Of a stretch of 64,000 nucleotides of DNA, positions 53,426 through 63,800 are shown in pieces. Source of the DNA: Podospora anserina. Lineage: Eukaryota. A model generated the notes under the pieces. That model ran no database searches, was not told where the DNA came from, and worked only from the letters and a program-made list of their open reading frames with translations. The translations under genes were made by a program, and so were the position numbers. The stretch is taken from contig CM030338.1 of the NCBI GenBank assembly GCA_017654855.1, forward strand, positions 1,054,001 through 1,118,000. The letters run 5' to 3'. Position 1 is the first letter of the stretch, and each line of letters starts with the position of its first letter.

Positions 53426-55545
53426 ATGAAGCTTTTTGTTACCATCCTTGCCGCCTACCTGGGCTTGGCAGCGGCCCACGGCGATCATGAAGGCCAACAT
53501 ATTCCCAAGATTTTGGGTGGGAGAAAGTTCCTCTCTGAGATGGGAGCTCGCCGTAGGTGGTCCCAGGGTGTCCAACAGCCCAATGTGATCAAAAGGCACC
53601 CACCATCCCCCAAGCCTCAGCATCACGCCGACAAACGACAAGAAAACACCAGCGGCAAATGTGGCGCCAGTGGTGGAAGCTGCGCGGCAGGTTACTGTTG
53701 CTCGGCCGAAGGGTATGTCATTTGTCTGTTCACAAAAACCAAAACATGCTGACATGGATATCAGATGGTGTGGAAGAGGCATTGACTATTGCTCTGCCCC
53801 TGATTGCCAGCTGAACTACGGCCCTGGTTGCGACGGGGTAAAATATCACCATGCCATGAAGAAGGAATATTGTCGAGACTAACACGCCACAGAACAAAAA
53901 GCCAAGTGGCCCGGATACCTCCGGAGTTGCTCGCCCAAAGCTTGGAAGCGTCTTGTATGGCGGAGCTGGTATTTACGACTGCGTCACATCGGGAGATATT
54001 GCCCTAACATTTGATGACGGGCCATACCTCTATACAAACGATCTGTTAGATAAGTTGAGGGTACGTGCCTGTTTTTTGGATTCAGGATATGCCTCTGACA
54101 TTTGAACAGAGCTATGGAGCCAAAGCAACATTCTTCCTCACCGGAACGAATATCGGTAAAGGCATGATCAACGATCCTGCCACGCCGTATCCCGCCATAA
54201 TCAAGGTAAATATGCCTTCAGCGTTCGAGTTCTTGTAGTCACTCACACATGAACAGAGGATGCATGCCGAGGGCCACCAAATTGCCAGCCACACTTGGTC
54301 TCACCAGAACGCAAGTCAAATGACCAACACCCAGTTCACCAACCAGATGGTGTGGAATGAGATTGCGCTCAACTCGATTCTTGGATTCTTCCCAACTTAC
54401 ATGAGGTGAGCTCCCATGCTGACATCCCAACCGCCCGAGACTTACCAGATACTTCAGACCGCCGTATTCCATCTGCCAACGGGAATGTCAAAACATCCTC
54501 TCCACCCTCGGCTATCACACCATCTACTTCAACCTCGACACGGCCGGCTACCTAAACGACAGCCCCCGCGCAATCCAGACGAGCAAGAACATCTGGGATG
54601 ACGCCATCGAAGGCTCCGACCCAGAAACAGACAGCTTCCTCCAGATCGAGCACGACATCCACCAGCAAATCGTCTACAACCTTACCGACTACATCCTTAC
54701 CTCTCTGTTCTCCAACGGCTACCGAGCCGTCACGGTAGGTGAATGCCTAGGCGACCCGCCATCAAACTGGTACCGTGCTGGTCCGGCCTCGTCGTCACCC
54801 TCATCATCACCGTCATCGGCAGCTGTGCCCACCAGAACAACAATCTCTGTTGCCCCGACAAGAACGGGCGCAAGCACAGATGGTACCTGCGGCAACGGCA
54901 TCACATGCGCGGGGACCAGATGGGGAGCCTGCTGTTCCGCCTTTGGGTTCTGCGGGGTGGGCGAGGAGTACTGCCAGTTGGGCAACGGGTGCCAGGCAGC
55001 GTGGGGGAGGTGCGATGGTGATGCTCCTGCTGTGAGCAGCAGTTCTTCTCGGACGAGTATCAGTACCCGATATGTCATCAGCAGCACCAGCACAGCAACC
55101 AGCACACGCACGAGCATCAGTACCCGGTCTGTTATCACGAGCACGGCGAGGAGTACGAGTACTACCACGAGCTCTCGTAGTAGTGTCAGTACGCGGTATG
55201 TGATTAGCAGCACGAGCACAAGCAGCAGGAGGAGCACGAGCACGAGTACATCAAGAAGCACGTCAACATCCGCCACGAGAACCAGAACCACTTGTGAGTT
55301 TTCCACCCATCTTGATCATGTTTCCGGTTGCTAACTGTGAAACAGCAACTACAACATCCACCAGACCAACCTCCACCCCCGGCCTCGCCATCAGTGAAGA
55401 TGGTCTCTGTGGTCCAGAGAACCAACAGACGTGCGAGGGGAGCGAGTTTGGGACCTGCTGCGGGCCGTCGGGGAGGTGCAGCTCGAGTAGTATTGCTTGT
55501 TTGGCGATTTTGGGGTGTCAGGAGAGGTATGGGAGGTGTGTTTAA
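53426..55545 (+). CDS. Secreted CE4 chitin/polysaccharide deacetylase with three CBM18 (hevein-like) modules
   Basis: Signal peptide. The spliced exons (six introns) give CCSAEGWCG, ALTFDDGP, SHTWSH, MRPPY and IEHD, two further Cys-rich CCSxxGxC-type modules and an S/T linker. Confidence 0.9.
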
Positions 55546-56403
55546 CTTTCAGGTTTGCTTTTTCTTTTTCCAAAGTGTATAGTTGTCGGAAGTGGGTAGT
55601 TGCACATGGACATTATATAATTTCTGCTGGTATAAGGCGATGTACTATGCAAGTGTGAGTGGAATAGGGAATTGGAAAATGGTGTGGTTCGGTGTGTGTA
55701 AAAGTAGGTAGATAAGGTAGATGGTTGCCTGCTCTTGTGGAGGATTCGGTGAGATGACTGGATGCCAACAAGGAAGAGAGATGAGGTTGCTGCCTGCGAG
55801 AACACGTGTTGTGGAACTGGGTACAATGGAGAAAAAACGATGTTGATGGGACGATGTGATGGAGGACAACAGATCGGGGGTGAGGACCCGATGGGGGATG
55901 CTGTGTTACGGCTTGCGGGGTGATGCACATCATGCTGCTAGCCGGGAGGGGGATTACACGATAGGGCGTGGGGGGAAATGAAACTCGGATGCCTTATTCC
56001 GGATTCTCGGTGACGTGTTGCATTGGTTCGTTGAGCATGTCTGGGTCGGAGAGAAAGCACCCTCACGAGAAAACAGTTGAGACAGCAACAGTAGGTTAAA
56101 CACAGTAATATTGTAGACCGTACACCTCGAAAGACAATCGTCAGGCCTTTAAATATATTCAAAAGGGCCTATTAACTTACTTTTAAGGCACGGTTAACTC
56201 CCATATAACATAGATTGATTCCATTTTTCGTTGTGCCAATTATTTTTTTGTGGGTAGGTGAGAAGAAGTCATGAAGAGGTCGTCAGTTCACTACAAGTCA
56301 GAGTCGAACTGAGTGGACGTCAAGATCAGGGGCACATCTTCCTTATCAACCAAACAACTCCCCCAAAAAACCACATGTCACCTCACCTACCACCAGTGGT
56401 GGC

Positions 56404-56792
56404 AAAAATGCGAGAAATCCCCCACGCAGTCATCCCAACATTTAACTCAATCCTTCCCTGTCCCAGAGGGCCATGGGGGAGAGCCCCGGCGCACTCGTGG
56501 CATCAATTTATCACTCGGTCTCACAGATCCAAAGTTTCCCCCCTGGAGTTGCCAGGGGAAATTTCGTCATCTACCATGCCAAACAACAAGTGTTGAAGTA
56601 TCTGTGCGCCGGGTCATGAACAACTGCTAACCCTACGACTTGAACGTAGAAGCTCTGCCGATGTTGCTGCTACCAGTTTGAACGGCTCTAACCCCAAACT
56701 TGACAGTGGTTTAGGTTTGAGACTCATTTTCTTTCTTTTTTTGCTTTTTTTTTTTTTGCGAGGCTGCGTGCTGACCGTTGCACCAATTGGGG
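56404..56792 (-). ncRNA. tRNA-like Pol III ncRNA with acceptor-stem insertion, copy C (about 374 nt plus trailer)
   Basis: CCCCAAT TG GTGC AACGGTCA GCAC (D arm/A box); T arm CTACG-TTCAAGT-CGTAG; GCAGTTGTTC (56627..56618) pairs with GGATGACTGC (56435..56426); then GT GGGG G ATTTCTCGCA TTTTT. Confidence 0.75.
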
Positions 56793-57030
56793 GGGTTCTC
56801 TGGTTGCCGGCAGAGCAAGTCGAACTTGGCTGATAAAACGGCAGGCTGGCAGGCAGGCAGGCAGAAAGACAGACATTAGATGATGATGTGCAAAAAAAGA
56901 GAGAGCAATATGGAAAGCAGCAGCATGGGACATTTCAACATGTATTTTACTGACGAGATAATATTAAAGATGAAAATGATGACAGTTGTGTGTCTGTGTG
57001 ACGACAATAGTCAAAAGTTCAGAACCCCCC

Positions 57031-57118
57031 TGACGATGAGAATGCATTTGACGAGAGGATTTACTTGACGATGAGAATGTATTTGAAGAGGAGCATATAC
57101 TTGATGACGGGATGGAGG
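57031..57118. repeat. Degenerate 17-18-bp tandem repeat (TGACGATGAGAATGYATT-like) in the spacer between tRNA-like copies B and C
   Basis: About five imperfect units aligned by eye. Confidence 0.6.
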
Positions 57119-57205
57119 TATGTAATGGGGTATGATGACGGTAAAGGCATACAGCAATAGACCACAATAAAGGCACTTAAAAAGACATCATCAGAAAATA
57201 AAAAT

Positions 57206-57443
57206 AAAAAAAGAATGTGAGAAATTCCCATGCAGCCATCCTTCCTCCCCCATACGGGGTAGCCAGTGGGTCGAGAACGACACGGAGGTCAATAGAGGGA
57301 CTTGCTCCCCCGAGATCTTCAACGATCCCATTGGATATGTTCAAGATCCTGCTCTCTAAAGGAGAGACAGCTGCAAACCCTGCGACTCGAACGCAGGACC
57401 GCTGCCTTTGGGGCAGACATGCTAGCAGTTACACCAATCGGGA
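57206..57443 (-). ncRNA. tRNA-like Pol III ncRNA with acceptor-stem insertion, copy B (about 219 nt plus trailer)
   Basis: TCCCGAT TG GTGT AACTGCTA GCAT G TCTGC CCCAAAG GCAGC GGTC CTGCG TTCGAGT CGCAG has exact tRNA spacing. GCAGCTGTC (57374..57366) pairs with GATGGCTGC (57240..57232); then AT GGGA A TTTCTCACATTC and T7. Confidence 0.8.
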
Positions 57444-57521
57444 GTGTTTTCTTTGTTGATGAGAGAGTAGTTGGGCAGTCGCTCGATAAGGCAGCAGGCA
57501 GGCAGATATCGGATGGTATAT

Positions 57522-57710
57522 AAGGAAGGAGCAGTATGAAAAGAGCAACATAGGGAACAGTAGCATGAAAAGGAGAAGCCTGAGAAAAAGCAGTAAGGGG
57601 AAAAACAGTATGGGGAAGTGCTATATAGGGAAAAGAAGCATGAAAAAGAAGCATGGAAAAGAGAAGGATGGAAAAAAGAAGCATGGGGAAATATAACACA
57701 GGGGAATACA
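57522..57710. repeat. Degenerate about 15-bp purine-rich tandem repeat (GAAGCATGGAAAAAA-like) in the spacer between copies A and B
   Basis: About 12 imperfect units, also visible as a pentapeptide periodicity in minus-strand ORFs (FPMLL FSILL FSMLL; SPYCF SPYCF). Confidence 0.6.
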
Positions 57711-57812
57711 CCTTGGCATATAGCATCTTCAACATACATATTGCTAAGGAGGTAAGGGTGAAGACCTGGGACAAAAGGATAATGGCCGTCTATGTGATAG
57801 ATAAAAAAAGTC

Positions 57813-58233
57813 AAAAAATGAGAACCCCCGAGCAGCTACCTCACTGCACCCCCACGGTCATCTTTCTGTTTTTTTCTTTCTTTGAGAGCATATTTGCGGC
57901 TTTAGCTTTTCCTCTCTTGTAGAGGAATCGGTTTCGACACGAGCGAAGTTTTTGTTCTTATACCCTCTAAGGGGACCAAGTCTGAGATGCATGCTCAGTT
58001 TTTTTTTAGATAGCATGCACCTTCAGATATATACTCCGTTTTGTAAGGAGGGCAAGCCTGTACGTGACCGTGGAAGTGCAACCTCTTATAGCACTTTTGG
58101 CTAATAAGAGGGAAATAACTGCAAACCCCACAATTCGAACGTGGGACCTAGCTAACACCCAGGACAGGAAGGTATCTTTTTTGACCTTCCTACCTAATGC
58201 TTCGCTAAATGCTTCCAATTACACCAGTTGGGG
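57813..58233 (-). ncRNA. tRNA-like Pol III ncRNA with acceptor-stem insertion, copy A (about 409 nt plus trailer)
   Basis: CCCCAAC TG GTGT AATTGGAA GCAT; T arm CCACG-TTCGAAT-TGTGG; GCAGTTATT (58122..58114) pairs with GGTAGCTGC (57840..57832); then TC GGGG G TTCTCA TTTTTT. Confidence 0.78.
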
Positions 58234-59564
58234 TTTGTTCTCTGGTTGCCGATTGAACAGGCAAGAGGATGGGATTATAACGAACCTAGAAGACGGGGAC
58301 TGAAATTGCTCGTTAGGCAAGAGAGACCGGGGTTTGAGTTTGGGAAGGAGATGGCATATGGAGAGGAAGGAACGTAGCGTCATTGCTATGTGGGCCTGTT
58401 GAGACGGAATGGGGAAAATATCAAAAGAGCAGATAAAAAACATTGCTACACAGTCCAGGAGTACGAAGATGATAAAGCAATGAAAACGCTGACTTGATAA
58501 TCATTACCGGGGCAATGCTCAACCAGATAGGCAGCAGCAAACAACATGACGGGTCCCAACTCTCGTGGTAATTGTCGATGACGAACCAGACAACATTTGG
58601 AGCTGACAGGCAGCAAAAACATGCCTTCCTACATCCAAAGCACTGCACCATGCCCCATTTACTCATCAGCTGTCAAACAGGGCGCCAGCCGGACAAATTT
58701 GGAAAGTGGCCAGGTCAAGATAGAAGAGCAAAAGGTACATGAGCACAAGATGTTGACCTACATCTTTGTCAGTGATGCCTGTAAATCATCACTTACCTCC
58801 AACATTATTATCCACCTCCCCGTTTCCCCCGGACCCAACCCCGAAGCCCACCGGCCCCCTCCGGCCGGGCTACCCCCGACTCCCATCCGGAAGACGTGTT
58901 TCACCCCGGTTCCTCAACCGACCTCCGCCGGCCTCCACCTCCCACATCCCCACTTAGGGCGTTCAACGGTTTCAGAATGCGTGCTTTACACACCAGGAAC
59001 CTTGGCTATCGTCAACTGCCGGCCGCTTGCCAGCCGGGGCTGGATGGATAATGCGAGACCAAAGGGCAATAGATCCGGGACCATTGAAGAAGGTGAACAG
59101 ACCGCTTTTTTGTTATCGGCGACTGATCCAGATGAACTGAGGTCTAGACTTTCGTCAGATGAGGGATAGGGCGATGGAGATGGCAGAGTGGAGGGAATGT
59201 TGCTCGGTGAGAGGATGAGGGTTGCATCTGGACGACAGCACACGAGAAGGGCTGGGAGAGGATGTGACGACGCACAAAAATTGTGTAAGAGAGGCAGAGT
59301 GGGCGTTTTGGGGGATTGACTTTCCACCTTTGTCACAGCTGCACCTACAGATCTGTATGGCCAGTCCGAACTGTCAGTGTCAGTGTCAGTGTCATCCGAA
59401 GCCAAACTCAACCCATCCAACTCCGACAACTCCCATCCTCTCCTCCTCCTCCTCGCATCTTCCTTCGCTTGGATAATACCAATCCTTCCTCCCCTTCGGA
59501 CCCCGAATCCCCAAAATTCCCTCCTCTGCTGCCGTGTGATGAACCGTGTCCTTCTGCTGTTCCC

Positions 59565-59775
59565 AAAATCCAACCGCCCACGGCGGCCCGCCACATGTGC
59601 CCCAGATTTTCCAATTCACACAGAGTTGGATCCAGGTGGATTCCCCGGAAATTGCGCTCTGGTGATCCTCAACCTGTGATTGGCTGCCGTCCTAGCGAAC
59701 TGCTAACCCTGGATTCGATAGGAGGAGGGTGCGAAAGCAACATCCGCTCCTGCTGTGGAAATTGACCAGCGCGGC
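59565..59775 (-). ncRNA. Possible degenerate fourth tRNA-like copy
   Basis: Starts GCCGCGC TGGTCAA; broken B box (ATCGAATCC); 13-nt junction AGGGTTAGCAGTT identical to copy C; imperfect closing helix; ends at TTTT. Confidence 0.35.
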
Positions 59776-60121
59776 ACAGAAGACAACTCACAATTCAGTG
59801 GTACACACCACTTCAAAGTGCAAGAAACAGCGCATTTGCTCAAAGTCAAAGCCAACGTCACAACTCTCAAAACAAATCACATTAAGGTCATGTTTCCATA
59901 TCGTTATGTAGAAAAAGACAGCGCCTTCACTGTGCTCAAAGCTTGTCAAGTGAAAACAGCAAAAAAGCGCTGCCAAAAAAATACAATTAGAAGATTAAAT
60001 ACATAGGTGTGGTATCATCATTATCGCTTGTCAATCCACCTGTTTTCCCACAAAAGAAATTTGCTTTGCTTGCTTGCTGTGATGTCCCCCAAAAATATAA
60101 CAATACTCTCACTTAGCGAGT

Positions 60122-60847
60122 TTAAGCAAGGAGAGCAAGGACACCGGCAAAGGCGGCGAGGGCAATGCTGCCACCGACGGTGGAGGCACCGGCGGTGAAG
60201 ACAGGCTGGGGAGGAGTGGTGCCGGAGGGGACGCCACCGGAGGGAACGGCGCCGGAGGGAGCAGGGACGCCGGGGACGCCGGGAGCACCGGGGCCGCCAG
60301 TGGGGCAGGGGACCTCGACGGTCTCGTAGATGACGGTGGGGATGACCGTGGTGATGGAGGTGCTGATGGTCTTGATGGAGGTGCCGGGGCACTCAGGAGC
60401 AACAGTGACGAAGGTGGGGATGGGAGCGGGCTTGGTGGGCTCCTCGTGGCCGGAGGTGGGGTAGGGAGGGTGCTCGACAGCGGTGGTGTTGGAGTAGTGG
60501 TGCGAGCTGGTGGCGATGGGGGTGGGCTCGACGTCGGTGACGGGGCAGACGGTGGTGGAGACGGCGATGGTCTCGGTGACGACGTGGGTGGCATCAGCGG
60601 GGCAGTCGGTCACGGTCTCAGCGCAGTCGGTGACGGTGTAGGTCGAGGTGGCGTAGATGGTAGAGGTGGTGATGGGGAAGACGGAGCTGGTGACAACGGT
60701 GGCGCTGGCAGGGCAGTCGGTCACCTCAGGGACGCAGGAGGTGACGGTGTAGTACTCAGTAGAGTAGACGGTGGAGTGAGCCTCCTCCGCAACATCCTGG
60801 GCAATGGCAGCGCCAGCGAGGGCAACGGCAGCAACGGCGAAACGCAT
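60122..60847 (-). CDS. GPI-anchored Ser/Thr-rich cell-wall protein
   Basis: Signal peptide MRFAVAAVALAGAAIA, repeated TVTxC..VTDCPA motifs, C-terminal FTAGAS plus hydrophobic tail, strong codon bias, no intron. Confidence 0.88.
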   Translation of the reverse strand: MRFAVAAVALAGAAIAQDVAEEAHSTVYSTEYYTVTSCVPEVTDCPASATVVTSSVFPITTSTIYATSTYTVTDCAETVTDCPADATHVVTETIAVSTTVCPVTDVEPTPIATSSHHYSNTTAVEHPPYPTSGHEEPTKPAPIPTFVTVAPECPGTSIKTISTSITTVIPTVIYETVEVPCPTGGPGAPGVPGVPAPSGAVPSGGVPSGTTPPQPVFTAGASTVGGSIALAAFAGVLALLA

Positions 60848-63800
60848 CTTGAAGGTTTGGGGGGGTTGGTTCGTTAAAAACGAGGATAGATGTGAGTGTT
60901 GTAGAAGGGGGTTGGTAAAGACCGACTAAAGCTATAGAGCTTAAGAGTTGTTGTTAAAGAATGGACGACCGAAGTCAAAGAGCTGGAGACAATTGGCTGT
61001 GTGAGCTGAGGAAGGAAAGAGAAAAGAAACAGAAGTTCGGCGGACGGCGGTCATTGTTAAATATCCATCCCCCGGGCACCTCGACTTGCGGTGCACAACA
61101 TGCGGGAAATTACCGTCAGCGCCGGCTGCCCAATTCGGTGGACGCTAATCCAGGGGCTCGGTGGAGGGAACATTGAAGGCAACATCAACATCCCCGCCGT
61201 GGCTGCGGATCCCAGTGGTCCCCTGAGGATGCCCCCTGAGATGCACTGCAGCGACCGACCTTCTCCTTTGCGGAAAGAGACCCGCCGAGTAACAAGCCAG
61301 CTACCCCCTATCCAGATAGCACCGAGACAGGGGTCTGCTGTGCTCTCGAAATCTGGGTTGGTCAACGCGAGGCGCTTACAATGTCTTGTGGTCTGCTCAT
61401 GAATTTGACCAGTGCAACCCTTCTGATTTGGCTAACCAGCGCCTCTCTTCCGCCGGTTTTTCCAATTTCGTCTCTGGCCAGTTCACCGCAAGAGATTCCC
61501 CGTTTGCTGCACTCCCTTTAGCAGACCCGGTCATGATCTGATAGTGGATGGGACCGGATACAAAACAAGCGGTCGAGGCGGTGGAGGAAAGGTGGAGAAG
61601 CCGGCCTCTCTCCGCATTTTCTGGACCTGGGTGCCCGTTGCCCATGTGCGCCCGTGCTGTAACGGTCGGCCAGAAAACTGCCGCCAACAACGACGCGTGC
61701 GGTGAGCCGTGACGGGAGCACACCCACTGCGCTACTGTGCGTTGCGGGGCGCGTATTTGCTTGCTGGATTGCCAGGTGTTCCTCGACGTGGTTTGTTTTG
61801 TGTGATGGCAATGCTCAATGCTCCCTCCATCTCGTGGCATTGAAACAACACATGGCCTGGCAAAGTGCTTGCAGGAGGACCTCAGACCTCGAAAATGCTC
61901 GATCATGAATTTTCGATGAGTGGCAGCTGACAGCGGTCAGCACAGACGCGGCACTGTCTGAAAGGCAGTGTACGTAGACTGCTTGAATATAACCAGACGC
62001 TAATGCAGGTACCATGAGATGCGCGCTTTTGATTCGATGTCTCTTTTCAACACTAATCCCAGGACCCTGCCAAAACAGAAGCGAGATCACAATTTCTGAG
62101 CCAACGCCCACCGCCAGAAATTGTGATGAACGCCACAGCTAGGAAAAGATCTCTTTTCCTCTTGGGTCGCACTGCTCTCCGCGCCTGTTTCTTGCCGAGA
62201 AGGCTTAATCTCGTGGAACGATCTCTTGGAAGCCGGGAATTTCATGCATCGTCCTTGTGCCCGGAGTTGAGTCCATCGCCTTGTCGTCGTCCGTTGTCGT
62301 GGCTGTTCAATGGATCAGCAGTTTCAAGATGCTGCAGAGGGAAGATCTTGTGGTGATATTTCCACATCAATCCGGAGTCGGAGAGTCAGAAGAAGAGTCG
62401 GAAGAAGGAGGATGACGTGAGGTTCTCAGTCATCAGAGGAAGGTTTGACAAGATCACCGTTCGTGCCTTGTTTTTCGTACCCGTTCAGCCGTTCCTGCCG
62501 TTTACGCCGTTGCCAGATGCAAATTTGTGTTTTCGATATCTCTGGGCACGCACTGGACCAACAAGCCATCAACAGTCTCGGCCCGGCCATTGGAGCGTCA
62601 TTTTGTGGTGTGCCAATTCTGGCGACATCGTTGCGGAACAGCCTTTCCTGATTTGCTCGCAGTTCAAGATTGGGACTCGGCCCTTTCGCCCAGTCAGAGC
62701 CATCGAATCTCAAAATCCCCCATTTCTGTCATTACACCGCAAAAAAGCTTCATCGAGACAATCAAGACATCACCAAGCAATGCAACCCTCATCCTTGTCG
62801 TCGACGAGCGGTCAAAGACACCTCGGCGGTCACGCATTTTCTCCCCACAAAAGGAGACAGCCGGGGTGCATCATGCATGAGCACGGCTGCCGATATATCT
62901 ATCGTGGCGGCCGCTGGTGCAGATCACTGCACCGATCCCATTGCAGCTTGACCGACTCGATGTTGCTAGAGACACAGTCTCACCTCCACGGAGTGATTCG
63001 AGACTTGTTGCGCCTCGCAGACGACGATACCTGACGACCAGCTGAACTGGAGCAGAGCCAGTGGCTGAAAGGGACAGCACATGACACATTCCAGCATGCT
63101 TCCGGAGCCTTCATCTGGATCTTCTGGCCAACTCCCCTCCATGGATGTGGATATCAGTTGCAAAGACTTGGGGAAGCTCGTTGGCCCCCTCGATGGCGGA
63201 TCAAACTTGTCGGCCGAACTCATGCTTCGACCTCGTCTATCACTGAGTTTGTGCGACATACGGACCCCGGCATCATTAGGCTTTTTTCTTGTTGCTGTTT
63301 CGGCAGAGGTGCAAGTGCACTTCGTGTCATCGATTCTCTTTGGGCTTCTTATACAGTCATCAACTCACCTCAGGAGCGCTGACCTCAGTCCTTCAAGTGA
63401 AGATCAGGTGCCTTGGCACTCTGGAAGATGCAGAGAGCAATCTGTTCATAAAGCATTTTGGGCTCACAGTATTGACAACTATACAGTACGGCGTCACCGA
63501 GACTGACAGAGGGGCTTTCTGGGATAATTCACAGCAAACGAGGCGATGCAGACCAAATGGACGACCAACAGGAGCGATTGCGATCTGGACCGTATTCAGT
63601 GACCAGCGACAAGCTGTGTTCATCATCACGACACAGCAAAGCGGCAACGTCCGAGAAGGCTTTCCGGACCCGGTGTGGATTCACGGTGTGGCGGTGCTAA
63701 TGGCGGTCGGGCTTGCAAAAGGAAGATACCTAGGAGAGACCGGGGCCGGACCCGTTACTGGGTCGGAAGCGGCTCTTCGCCGGGGAGGGACAAGAATCAC

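Noticed and set aside
56297-56355. Fifth tRNA-like copy (TCAG-TTCGACT-CTGA on the minus strand)
   Set aside because: Only a 4-bp T-arm-like hairpin and a loose A box; no D stem, closing helix or matching 3' end.
57372-57443. Canonical tRNA gene (exact 72-nt spacing)
   Set aside because: The local 3' strand GGTTTGC does not pair with TCCCGAT, there is no U33 and no terminator follows. It is better explained as the scaffold of the longer RNA.
57206-57443. SRP RNA, RNase P/MRP RNA or U1 snRNA
   Set aside because: It lacks the fungal Alu-domain CTGTAATGG start and the helix-8 motif, the paired P4 CR-I/CR-V sequences and the ACTTACC 5' end, as far as I can recall these motifs.
57319-57814. Minus-strand ORFs with pentapeptide repeats
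   Set aside because: A by-product of the 15-bp DNA repeat; non-ATG starts, a shifting frame and overlap with the tRNA-like unit B.
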